A DNA stretch of 47,768 bases from an uncultured Clostridia bacterium (GTDB taxonomy: Bacteria > Bacillota > Clostridia > TANB77 > CAG-508). The notes under the pieces are model-generated. The model searched no databases. It saw nothing but the letters and a program-made list of their open reading frames with translations, and had not been told where the DNA came from. The stretch is taken from assembly GCA_947631315.1 (NCBI GenBank), contig CANRLA010000001.1, forward strand, positions 1 through 47,768, given 5' to 3'. The translations under genes were made by a program, and so were the position numbers. Below are positions 27,335 through 36,262 of the stretch, one piece after another; positions within the stretch are counted from its first letter, which is position 1, and the number at the start of each line of letters is the position of its first letter.

Positions 27335-28775
27335 GGTTATGATTATTTACCACTATTGTTATGTCAAAAAGATTATAACTTGTAATATCTTCTGTATGTC
27401 CAATACTACCCCCTGGATAAAATTGTGATCCTAAAGCTAAACCATCAGTTACAGAAATATCAACATTTACACCTGATATTCCCCATCCGCTTATCTCACT
27501 TGCTATTTCATTTTCAAGCCCAGCTTTCACATTCTCTGCAATTTCCCTTGATTTATCGGCTATAGAACCTCCTCCATTTATCCACATATCGTGAAATACA
27601 TTATACTCATAAGAAAGTTGTTTTATTATCCAATCTGAACCGCTCTTTGATAGTCCTAGTGAAAGACGTGAATCACGTAATGCATCATACATTACATTTG
27701 CATTGTCCTGCATCATCTTAAATTTAATTTTTTGAGATCTATAAGTATAGGCTCGATATACTGAGCCACCATTAGTAATCTTTTTTAAGTAATTAACTTG
27801 TACTATTGGTTTTATTTCTTTAATATCTGCATCCCCTGCATAATATCTAATATAGAAAGTTTGACCAAATCTAGGGAATTTATTTTGTATATCTCTTCCA
27901 TTTGCATCAATTAATGAAAATTGTGAATTATCTATATTAGTAGATGTTCCATTACCATAGATAATCTTTGCTATCATTTGACCTTTACAAAAAGTGTTTC
28001 CAGATGTTTGACCAATATTTTGTCCAGTAATCTCTTTATAAACAAGTTCTCCCATATTTTCATTACCACTTATTGCACGTATATTTTGATTTTGAAAATT
28101 AAGAGTATAAGGACCTACTGTATATGTTTTATTGCTTTGATCAACCATTATTTTTAAACTACTATCATTTTCATTTACTGGAGAATATGAAAGTCCTAAT
28201 TTTTGACTGCCATTTAATGCTCTATATACAAAGTTCGCAAATTGTGTTGCTCTTCCTTGTAATCCAGTTCTTGTTGTTGTAGTAACATTAACAGATTGAC
28301 TTGAATCAACAAGACAGCTGGTACCACCAGTATAAGCACTCCAATCTCTAGAAGCCCATACAACATACTGGGTATCTTCAATTGATCCTCCGAATGCTCT
28401 TATATATGCTATACTTTGTGCCATTTCAGTTGTTTTATCCAGTGTATATGTGACTTCTTCCGCTCTACCTCCACCTGCACTATCAGGAACAGGAGTTTGA
28501 CCAGGAGCATAATATTTTCTTAGTGTTAAAGCCCAACCATGTCCACCGCAAAATGTATTACCATCTGAAATAAAAGTATACATATGGTCAGTAGGTACAC
28601 CACTAAGCGAACCTGCTGTAAAACCACCAGCAGCAGTTGCAGATATTTTATTTAGCTCTTTTTCTTCTTTATCAGATTGATAGATATTAAAAATTTTTCC
28701 TGCTTCAATTATACCAGCAATTAAAACTGCACTTAGAAAAGCTGTTATAATTATTGATTTTATCTTTTTTCGCAT
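27300..28775 (-). CDS. Adhesin B2, N-terminal segment (signal peptide plus thioester-domain-like Cys/TQxxxW region). The 0-frame terminates 11 codons after CGG 27335-27333.
   Basis: MRKKIKSIIITAFLSAVLIAGIIEAG; NTFCGGHGW ... DTQYVVWAS; LKIMVDQSNKTYTVGPYTLNF parallels B1 SKVLVDQTDKTYTVGPYKIDIK; RBS GAAAGGAGG. Confidence 0.75.
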   Translation of the reverse strand: MRKKIKSIIITAFLSAVLIAGIIEAGKIFNIYQSDKEEKELNKISATAAGGFTAGSLSGVPTDHMYTFISDGNTFCGGHGWALTLRKYYAPGQTPVPDSAGGGRAEEVTYTLDKTTEMAQSIAYIRAFGGSIEDTQYVVWASRDWSAYTGGTSCLVDSSQSVNVTTTTRTGLQGRATQFANFVYRALNGSQKLGLSYSPVNENDSSLKIMVDQSNKTYTVGPYTLNFQNQNIRAISGNENMGELVYKEITGQNIGQTSGNTFCKGQMIAKIIYGNGTSTNIDNSQFSLIDANGRDIQNKFPRFGQTFYIRYYAGDADIKEIKPIVQVNYLKKITNGGSVYRAYTYRSQKIKFKMMQDNANVMYDALRDSRLSLGLSKSGSDWIIKQLSYEYNVFHDMWINGGGSIADKSREIAENVKAGLENEIASEISGWGISGVNVDISVTDGLALGSQFYPGGSIGHTEDITSYNLFDITIVVNNHNRHKDYMDMQEL

Positions 28776-28800
28776 CTTTACCTCCTTTCTGTAATCATTC

Positions 28801-31800
28801 TTATATTTTTATTTTTCTTTCTAATATCTTCTTAACATAAAATGTAACTAAAGCTATTGCTATTATTATGCTCACTGATATTACTATAAGCTTTGCTGCA
28901 TTACTGTCAGAACTTGTAGATAAATAAATTTGAGCTGATTCTGCTTGATGCTTTTCTAATTCTGACGTCGTAACTTCTTCTATACCATATTGATTGTATG
29001 TGCCTCTTATCTCAGAAGAATTTGTTATTACTTCTCCGTTTTTGTTGTTTTTATTTTTAATTAATACTAATTTTAGAGTCTCTGATTCACCTGATTTGAT
29101 TAATTTATTAGACAAGCTTGAATTTATTGCTTCATTATTATCATTAACATACCAATCTTGATTTAATTCAGAAACAAACTCCATACCATCCTGTAATTTA
29201 TTAGCAATTTGTGTTACATAACCATCTATGTTACCTTCATTTTTTACTTCTACACAGTATTCAATAATAAGAGTAGAATTTTCTATTTTTGCGTTGTTCA
29301 CTTTTAAATTTGCAATATAATCGTTGTAATCATATGTTTCTGATTTTTCCCCATCAACTAATGTAATTTTTGATATTTTATTGTTTACAGTTATGTTAAA
29401 GTTTTCTGTATCTATTAAACCTAGGTCTATGTTATACACATTTTCTTCACCTAAAGTTATAATATTAGTTGCAGCTTTGCCGAAATTTTCAGCCTTTTCT
29501 ATTTCACTATTTTCTATATTGGTATTTTCTATAAAGTCATTGTTTTCATTTTCTGCAGTTTCTCCTGCTTGATAATTTACAACTTTATAAACTTTATTAT
29601 CATAATCTGCTATAACAATATATTTACCACTATATAAATCTTCAAATTTGTATTCACCATTGTCATTAGAAAATTCGATAATATCATTTCCATCTTTATC
29701 TTTTACATAATCTTTTTTATTAATGTCATATAGTTTTAACATAATGCTTGACATCTTTGTGTCATTTTCATCATGTGCTGAGTTATTATTTTCGTCATAC
29801 CATACTTCTCCTGAAATAGAATATATATTTTCTTTTTCAACTAGATTTCCATCTTTATTAACAATATTGAAATTTGATGAACCTTCAATTTGTTGTTTGA
29901 TTTTCTCAGTAGGAAAATCTATATCATTAACTTTTACTTCTACTTCATTTTCTATCTCTTTTATTTGACCAATGCTATCCAAAAGATATGGCTTTGCAAC
30001 TATAGTTACTTTTAGATTTTTATATGGTTCTACATTTTCATATACTGTTGTATTCAATAAATCGTTTTCTTCTGTATATGTATTATCTCCGTTCTTTACG
30101 GTATAGCTGACTAACTGTAATTCATCTGGTAATCTATTGAAAACACTAATTTCTGCTGTTTCTTTTGATTCATTTTTTACATCTACATAATATTCTACTT
30201 TATCACTATCTAGCATTTTATATGAAATATTACTACTAAAACTTGCTGAAAAACCTTTTAAGTCTTGAACTGTTCTTGTATATGTATTTGATTTAACTTC
30301 TTTATCAGAACCTTCGTATGTCGCCTTAGCAACTAAAGATATTTTTTGACTTGGCTCATCTGAACTTATAACCTTAGCCGTAAATTCAAATGATTTAAAT
30401 GATTCCAAAGATTCTATGTTATATGATAAAACTCTTGTTTCTTTGTTAAAATTTCCACCTTCACATTTTAATATATCTATGTATTTTGGAATATTTATAT
30501 TTACATTCATATTTTTGAAATCTTCAGCTGAATATGATTCTAATGATAGATTGTAATTTATTTCATCACCTATTTTTACGTATTCATTACTTTGTTCAGA
30601 ATATATTTCCATCTCAAATATTCCTTCTGTTATAGTGTTTTCAAATGATGCTGTACTGTCTTCTAACATATTTTCAGCTTTAAGTGATGTTCTAAAAGTA
30701 ACTGTTTTATCAACTTCTGAAAGGAATCTTACAATATATGTAAATTCTACTGTTTGTCCTGGTTCTATTTTGTCAATATTATTTGTTAAAGTTTCATCAA
30801 ATATAAAATAGCTATCATCAACCTCTTCATTTTCTATTTTTTCTATATGGAAAAATTCAGAGTCTTCCGGCCTTTGTGCTGTTATAGTTACATTCTCAGC
30901 TGCTTTTCTTCCCGTGTTTGTTGCACGTACAATATATTGTACATATTTTCCATTAGGTATTTTGTCTCCATTTTTTATTTCATCACCTACATTGTAATCC
31001 GTAGCTGTTATTTCTGTTTTTACTATTGGGATGTTTTCTGTTTCTATACTTAATAATTTTGAAGAAACTATATTTTTTGATGTTCCTTCTATTTCTTCAT
31101 CATTGTAATATATACCAAATATTGAATATGCTCTATTTTCATAGTCTATGTTTTGTGGTATTGCTCCATTATATGTGAATGTTATTTTTTGCGCTGGTGC
31201 TACTTCTGATTTAGCAACTATTAGATATGATTTGCTTGTGTCTTTCTTTTCTAAAGACCAACCGTTTTGTTCATTTGCTAAGTCATATGTTGCTCCGCCA
31301 TTTTCTGAATAATAAATATCTGCATCTATTCCTTCTACACTAACTGGTGTGTTTATATTTATTGAATATGTAGAATTTAAATCTGTATTGTTTCCATCTA
31401 CTGATTTTGTATCTTGTTTAGGAAATCTTCCTAATATCATTAATCCTTTTGTATTTTCCTTTAAATTGCTAACAGCTATTCCACCAAAACTTGCTCGTTT
31501 TTCTACATCATTTGCTTTGATAAATAATGATTCGTCTTTACTTATGCAAGATACTGTTTCATTTACTGTGCCATAATTGGATGTTACAAAACCTGCTGGA
31601 GCTGCTATCTTTATTGGTGTATCTACTGATTTTACCTCGTCCTTAATCCTATTAGTATATTGAAGAACTATTTTTTCATCAGCATTTACTGCTAAATTAT
31701 CTAAGGTTAAGTCTGCAACTATTTTTACAACTGTTCCATTAACATTTGGTAGTTCAGAATACTCTGTTTGCGTTCCTTCTAATCTTAAATAAATATTGTT

Positions 31801-33399
31801 TTCCTTTGTTTCAAATGTTACTGGTACTAATTCATTTTCATAAATTAATCTAGCATCTTTTAATTTTACTCCTGTTATTTGATTTGGAAGCGTAATTAAT
31901 AATTCAGGGTTTTTATATAATAAATCTGTAATATCATTTTTTTCTAGTGTTGCTGTAATCACAACGTTTTCATTTGTCACTACTGTTGATAAAACATTTT
32001 TATTTATGCTTATACTAGCATTTGATGATGGTTCTACAAGAGTAATTTTGTTTTCAATATGATTATTAGAAACTTCATTTCCTTGTAAAACACCTGTTAC
32101 ATCTATGCTTCCATCAATTTCATTTTTGTTTTCTATTGTTTTTAATGTGTAATTTGTATTTGTGTTAAAAACTTTTTCTAAGTTTAAACTTATATATCCT
32201 TCAGATGTTGGCTTGCTGGTTATAAATTTTAATCCAAAACTGTTTATATTTAATTCTAGATTATCTTGTTTTAATGTACCTATTTCTTGATTTTGACTAT
32301 CTAGGACTTTTATTGTTCCTTCTTCTCCAAGCACATTTACTAAATCTTTTTTATTTACTGCAATTTTTCTAGTTAATATTTCATCACTTAAGTTACTTTC
32401 TTTAATCTGAATTTCATCTACTAAATCTTTAAAGCCTATGTTGATTTGATAGTTTGTATTAAATTTTGTTTCTAACTTGTTTTCTGCTTTAGATAAATTT
32501 GTGTATAAATATCCTTTATTAACTTCTTTGTTTCCAGTAATACTTGTTTCTAATAAATTTCCTATTTGTTCACTTACATTGAAAGAAGTTTCTTCTGTTT
32601 TTGCTTCTATATCTCTATCATCTATTGTTTTTGCTGAAACTATTGCAAGTGATTTTAAAGTAGTATCTTCCATTTGAGATTCATATATAAAAGTTACTAA
32701 AACTTCATCGTTTGATTCCCAATTTAATTTTTTAGAATCGTGTTCTTCTTTGCTATTGTTTGCATCTTCGCTTACATTGTTGTTTGAGTTATTTGTATTT
32801 TCTGCTGTGTTGTTGTTTTCGTTCTCTGTTGAGTTGTTTGTTGTATTATTTTCATTGCTTGTATTTTCTTCTACTTTATTTGTATTATTGTCATTAGATT
32901 CATTTGTACTAGCAGCTAAACTTTTATCATTATATTTATTATTTATAATTAATATTTGATCCTGATAGGTATACTCTTTTCCAGATACAATTATCTTACT
33001 AGGCTCCTTATCCTGTATTTTTGGAACATAAACTTGAATTGTTTTGTCTATTAGAGGAATTGTGTTATCTTTAACTCCACTTGAAATTAAGAAGCTTACT
33101 AATGTTTTATTTTCATATTTTAGATATCTTTTTAATTCTTGTTTTATCGTAACTTTAGCATTTTGATCCCATTTAGTTTGCTCTTGTTCATTATCTATAT
33201 TGCTACTTACTTCTTGAGTATCGTTTTGTTTTACTTCATTTATCATATCTTCTTGAACTGCTTTATCTGATACTACAACATTTGAACTCTCTTGTTGTAC
33301 ATTCTCATTTGCAGCATATGCTATAGCTGGCATTAAGTTTGACCCAACTAAAGTAAGAGAAACTATTATAGATAAAAATTTCTTTGAATAATTATACAT
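28801..33399 (-). CDS. Giant surface protein A2 (1532 aa), a paralogue of A1. Layout: signal peptide, Asn-rich low-complexity insert, DUF11-type repeats, SdrD-B-like domain, C-terminal TM anchor.
   Basis: MYNYSKKFLSIIVSLTLVGSNLMPAIAYAANE; VEPSSNASISIN..LSTVVTNENVVITATL parallels A1; DUF11-like YVQYIVRATNTGRKAAENVTITAQRPEDSEF; ISGEVWYDENNNSAHDENDTKMSSIMLKLYD; C-terminal LIVISVSIIIAIALVTFYVKK. Confidence 0.8.
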   Translation of the reverse strand: MYNYSKKFLSIIVSLTLVGSNLMPAIAYAANENVQQESSNVVVSDKAVQEDMINEVKQNDTQEVSSNIDNEQEQTKWDQNAKVTIKQELKRYLKYENKTLVSFLISSGVKDNTIPLIDKTIQVYVPKIQDKEPSKIIVSGKEYTYQDQILIINNKYNDKSLAASTNESNDNNTNKVEENTSNENNTTNNSTENENNNTAENTNNSNNNVSEDANNSKEEHDSKKLNWESNDEVLVTFIYESQMEDTTLKSLAIVSAKTIDDRDIEAKTEETSFNVSEQIGNLLETSITGNKEVNKGYLYTNLSKAENKLETKFNTNYQINIGFKDLVDEIQIKESNLSDEILTRKIAVNKKDLVNVLGEEGTIKVLDSQNQEIGTLKQDNLELNINSFGLKFITSKPTSEGYISLNLEKVFNTNTNYTLKTIENKNEIDGSIDVTGVLQGNEVSNNHIENKITLVEPSSNASISINKNVLSTVVTNENVVITATLEKNDITDLLYKNPELLITLPNQITGVKLKDARLIYENELVPVTFETKENNIYLRLEGTQTEYSELPNVNGTVVKIVADLTLDNLAVNADEKIVLQYTNRIKDEVKSVDTPIKIAAPAGFVTSNYGTVNETVSCISKDESLFIKANDVEKRASFGGIAVSNLKENTKGLMILGRFPKQDTKSVDGNNTDLNSTYSININTPVSVEGIDADIYYSENGGATYDLANEQNGWSLEKKDTSKSYLIVAKSEVAPAQKITFTYNGAIPQNIDYENRAYSIFGIYYNDEEIEGTSKNIVSSKLLSIETENIPIVKTEITATDYNVGDEIKNGDKIPNGKYVQYIVRATNTGRKAAENVTITAQRPEDSEFFHIEKIENEEVDDSYFIFDETLTNNIDKIEPGQTVEFTYIVRFLSEVDKTVTFRTSLKAENMLEDSTASFENTITEGIFEMEIYSEQSNEYVKIGDEINYNLSLESYSAEDFKNMNVNINIPKYIDILKCEGGNFNKETRVLSYNIESLESFKSFEFTAKVISSDEPSQKISLVAKATYEGSDKEVKSNTYTRTVQDLKGFSASFSSNISYKMLDSDKVEYYVDVKNESKETAEISVFNRLPDELQLVSYTVKNGDNTYTEENDLLNTTVYENVEPYKNLKVTIVAKPYLLDSIGQIKEIENEVEVKVNDIDFPTEKIKQQIEGSSNFNIVNKDGNLVEKENIYSISGEVWYDENNNSAHDENDTKMSSIMLKLYDINKKDYVKDKDGNDIIEFSNDNGEYKFEDLYSGKYIVIADYDNKVYKVVNYQAGETAENENNDFIENTNIENSEIEKAENFGKAATNIITLGEENVYNIDLGLIDTENFNITVNNKISKITLVDGEKSETYDYNDYIANLKVNNAKIENSTLIIEYCVEVKNEGNIDGYVTQIANKLQDGMEFVSELNQDWYVNDNNEAINSSLSNKLIKSGESETLKLVLIKNKNNKNGEVITNSSEIRGTYNQYGIEEVTTSELEKHQAESAQIYLSTSSDSNAAKLIVISVSIIIAIALVTFYVKKILERKIKI

Positions 33400-33533
33400 T
33401 ATTATCCTCCTATTTTTTTATTAGCATAACCCTTTAAGGATCAGTAGCTTTAAATTTACTTTTATTAGCATTTTAGCTTTTCTTTGTAATCATTTAATTA
33501 AAAAAAATTAATCAATTTAATACTAATACGTTG

Positions 33534-33571
33534 TTTTTTTTTTTTCAATATTGCTTTTTTTTTAATTTTTT
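33534..33571. repeat. Homopolymer tracts T12 (33534-33545), T9 (33555-33563) and T6 (33566-33571), lying 135-170 nt upstream of the A2 start codon. They read as poly-A on the coding strand.
   Basis: Counted directly in the A2 / 33842 divergent intergenic region. Confidence 0.7.
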
Positions 33572-33841
33572 ATAACCATTTACGGAAGCACTTTTTAGAC
33601 ATTTAATATTACTTTTAGATTACATTTTTGTTTTATTGGTTGCTTTTTTGAGCGTTTTATAGCCTTAATTTCGCAGATGCGTAAACGTTTTCCATTGTAA
33701 AATTTCTGTGAACATATAAGGTATATTTATAAGTAAAAGTTAACATTTTACAAATAATTAAATATAATTTTAAATATAATTAGTAGTAACAATTTCTTTT
33801 TTTTATCATATAATATTATAGTTAATAGGAGGTATGTATTT

Positions 33842-34480
33842 ATGAATGATAATGACTTTAACGAAATGATTAAAAAAGCTCAATCTATGATTCAAAATAA
33901 TCAAATTCCTGATGATATTAAAGCTTTAGTAAATAACCTACAAAATTCTAATAGCAATACTTCTAATGTATCTTATAATAGTTCAAATAATGTAACACCT
34001 AATTGTTCCTCTAATGTTTCAAATAATGCATATAATACATATAGAAATAATAATTATAAAAATGGTACTTATACAAGTAATTCATATAATTATAGTTCAA
34101 ATTATAATCCTTCATCTAATCATACAGGAAGCTCTAATTCAAATTATAATTCTAGAGATTTTAATAAAACAAATATTAATTCAAATATTCAAGACAAGAA
34201 TAATTCGTCAAATAATACTTATTCAAGTACAAGTAATGAACAGAATAATTCAAATAATAATTTAAATTCTTTGAATATAGATATGGAAACTTTAATGAAG
34301 ATTCAAAACATAATGTCTAAAATGAAAAATAGTAGCGATGATGATATGAGTAAATTACTTTTATCTTTAAAGCCTTACCTTAGAAATGGGAAAAAAGAAA
34401 AAATTGATGAATATATTCAATTAATAAAAATGGGAAAAATGACCCAACTTTTTGACCTTTTCGGTGGTGAAAAGAAATGA
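33842..34480 (+). CDS. Asn/Ser-rich low-complexity protein (212 aa) with structured N- and C-terminal ends
   Basis: RBS ATAGGAGG. The central ~120 aa are almost only N/S/Y/T. The C-terminus LLLSLKPYLRNGKKEKIDEYIQLIKMGKM looks like a conserved helical domain. Confidence 0.6.
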   Translation: MNDNDFNEMIKKAQSMIQNNQIPDDIKALVNNLQNSNSNTSNVSYNSSNNVTPNCSSNVSNNAYNTYRNNNYKNGTYTSNSYNYSSNYNPSSNHTGSSNSNYNSRDFNKTNINSNIQDKNNSSNNTYSSTSNEQNNSNNNLNSLNIDMETLMKIQNIMSKMKNSSDDDMSKLLLSLKPYLRNGKKEKIDEYIQLIKMGKMTQLFDLFGGEKK

Positions 34481-34647
34481 ATTTCTTAAATTTTTTACCT
34501 ATTGATCAGGAGGGAAAGATTAATTTATTTGGCTTTAGTTTTTATACTGATGATTTATTGATTCTAGCAATTCTATTTTTTCTTTATTCTCAAAAAATAA
34601 ATGATCAATTTTTATATATTGCTTTAATTTTATTATTAATAAAATAA
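34477..34647 (+). CDS. Small hydrophobic protein (56 aa, MNFLNFLPIDQEGKINLFGFSFYTDDLLILAILFFLYSQKINDQFLYIALILLLIK), translationally coupled (ATGA overlap) to the N/S-rich gene
   Basis: Not in the track (under 60 aa). The ATG overlaps the upstream TGA. It ends at the terminator hairpin. Confidence 0.4.
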   Translation: MNFLNFLPIDQEGKINLFGFSFYTDDLLILAILFFLYSQKINDQFLYIALILLLIK

Positions 34648-34692
34648 ATAATCGCTTTTTTAAATCATATTGTTTAAAGCGATTATTTTTTT
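34647..34692 (+). terminator. Rho-independent terminator after the small ORF
   Basis: 12-bp stem AATAATCGCTTT / AAAGCGATTATT followed by a T run. Confidence 0.55.
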
Positions 34693-34780
34693 AATAAATT
34701 TTAATTATTTTTTATTAATTTTTAATTATTTTTATTAATTTTTAATTATTTTTATTAATTTTTATTGATTTTTATCTATT
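34691..34780. repeat. A/T-only tandem array with 10-nt phasing and a 20-nt unit (TTTATTAATTTTTAATTATT, about 3 copies plus degenerate units) at the 3' side of the Rpn gene
   Basis: Read directly. The helical-repeat phasing of T tracts suggests curved DNA. Confidence 0.6.
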
Positions 34781-35906
34781 TAGTTATTTTTTTACTTAAT
34801 AAATTTATTTCTTTTTCTGATAAGCCTGTCCAGTCTTTTATATTTTTTATATCTATTCCACTTTTTAATAATTTTTTTGCAATTTCATATTTTCCTTCTC
34901 TTTTTCCTTCTTCTTTTCCACCTAACCATGCTTTTCTTTCTTTTTCCATAAATATTTCTGCTAACATTGTTTTTTCTCCTTTCATAAATAATTTTTTTAT
35001 CTCATTTATTTTCTGTCGTGATAACTTTGTGGATGATATATTACAAAGATATTCTATTATCATATCTTTTTCTTTTTGTGATAAATATTCCTTACTTATT
35101 TTTATATAATTGTCTTGAAGCTCTTTTTCACCTTTAGTTTTTTCTAGTAAAATTATTTTACTTAATGCTCCTTTTTCTTGAAGTAATTCACTATCTTCAT
35201 AATCATTTGCATCAAATATAGTATATTTTCCATATTCTGCCCTATATCCTGGCATTTTAACTTGTCTACTGCTTATATGCTTTTCAACATTCCACTTATT
35301 TTTTCCAATATACAAAACTATTGGTATAACTAATGGATATTTTCTATTTACTACATCCTCTTTGTTGGAATACCAATAATTAGTTATTATTGCGGTTACA
35401 TATTCCATTATTCTTATAGGCATATTGTAGTCAATTCTTGATTGGTGCTCAATTAGAAAAAATACATCCATATCTTTTCTTTTATAAATAATATCTGCTT
35501 CTCTATTTAAATAACTTTTTGTAATTAAACTAGTTTCATATCGTTCTAGCATATCTGCTTTTATTTCTTTATTTACTTTTGAAAGTTGTAATACTCTATT
35601 TATAAATAGAGCTACCTCGTTCTTATTAGATAATATTTTTCTAATGCTTGTATCATGTGAATTATGAATTATATTTTTTTCATAATTATATTGTTCTTCT
35701 TTTTCTCGTATTTTTTCTGATAATTTAATATTTTTTATAATTTTTCTTTCAACATATATTAGATAATTTATATATTTAATAAAATTTGTTGTTTCTTTTG
35801 TTTTATTAATATTCTTTATTATTGAATCATCAATTATTATATTTGATTCAATTACATTTTCATTAGTATAACTTTTTTCTTTTTTTAAGTTATAATTTTT
35901 TTGCAT
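34776..35906 (-). CDS. Rpn-family recombination-promoting nuclease / putative transposase (PD-(D/E)xK, Transposase_31/YhgA-like)
   Basis: Core ADIIYKRKDMDVFFLIEHQSRIDYNMPIRIMEYV (D...E-H-Q-S motif) plus a C-terminal helical repeat region typical of the family. Confidence 0.75.
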   Translation of the reverse strand: MQKNYNLKKEKSYTNENVIESNIIIDDSIIKNINKTKETTNFIKYINYLIYVERKIIKNIKLSEKIREKEEQYNYEKNIIHNSHDTSIRKILSNKNEVALFINRVLQLSKVNKEIKADMLERYETSLITKSYLNREADIIYKRKDMDVFFLIEHQSRIDYNMPIRIMEYVTAIITNYWYSNKEDVVNRKYPLVIPIVLYIGKNKWNVEKHISSRQVKMPGYRAEYGKYTIFDANDYEDSELLQEKGALSKIILLEKTKGEKELQDNYIKISKEYLSQKEKDMIIEYLCNISSTKLSRQKINEIKKLFMKGEKTMLAEIFMEKERKAWLGGKEEGKREGKYEIAKKLLKSGIDIKNIKDWTGLSEKEINLLSKKITK

Positions 35907-35989
35907 TTAAACGTCCTTTCTTTACATTTTATAATATATACGATTTTTCGTCAACAATTAATCAACAAATAAATAATAATATGAAGATT

Positions 35990-36210
35990 TTTTAGATTTA
36001 ATTTGGAATTTTTGTGAATTTAATAAAATTAAATTAATAAAAATAAATAAAATTAATTAAAGAATAAATTAGTTAAATTTAAATTAAAATTAAATAAATA
36101 AAATCAAATTAATAATTAATAAATTTAATTAAAACTAATTAAAAACGATAAAAATAATTTAAAAATAATTAAAAAAAAAATTAAATAATTAAAAATTAAT
36201 GACTATTAAA
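35990..36210. repeat. A/T-only low-complexity array (AATTAAA/AAATAA-type units) at the 5' side of the Rpn gene. It contains an 18-nt inverted match (36183-36200) to the left array (34714-34731).
   Basis: Read directly. AAATAATTAAAAATTAAT is the reverse complement of ATTAATTTTTAATTATTT. Confidence 0.45.
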
Positions 36211-36220
36211 TATAATATTT

Positions 36221-36252
36221 ACTAGATATAAAATACAGATTTTATATCTAGT
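36221..36252 (-). terminator. Terminator hairpin downstream of mrdA
   Basis: 14-bp stem ACTAGATATAAAAT / ATTTTATATCTAGT with loop ACAG. Confidence 0.6.
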
Positions 36253-36262
36253 AATTCTTATT

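Noticed and set aside
22957-28775. B2 as an ordinary decaying pseudogene
   Set aside because: This is not fully excluded but is disfavoured. There are only two lesions in about 5.8 kb. Both are the same in-frame CGG plus one base that also interrupts mreB, mrdA and the histidine phosphatase. All other sequence remains open and conserved relative to B1.
12735-33399. A canonical LPXTG sortase signal in the giant surface proteins
   Set aside because: None of the four C-termini contains LPXTG, NPQTN or (S/P)PXTG. Only a looser shared motif is present, and it is reported separately as a low-confidence finding.
34014-34265. An 83-aa alternative-frame ORF inside the N/S-rich gene, and a 114-aa ORF (34765-35109) antisense to the Rpn gene
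   Set aside because: Both are by-products of low-complexity, repeat-like sequence and translate as I/L/H/Q or F/S/I strings. The overlapping frames have better RBS and motif support.
34691-36210. A/T-only repeat arrays flanking the Rpn gene, considered as a possible CRISPR array
   Set aside because: There is no alternation of a conserved 25-40-nt repeat with unique spacers. The units are 10-20 nt, degenerate and purely A/T. No cas genes are present.
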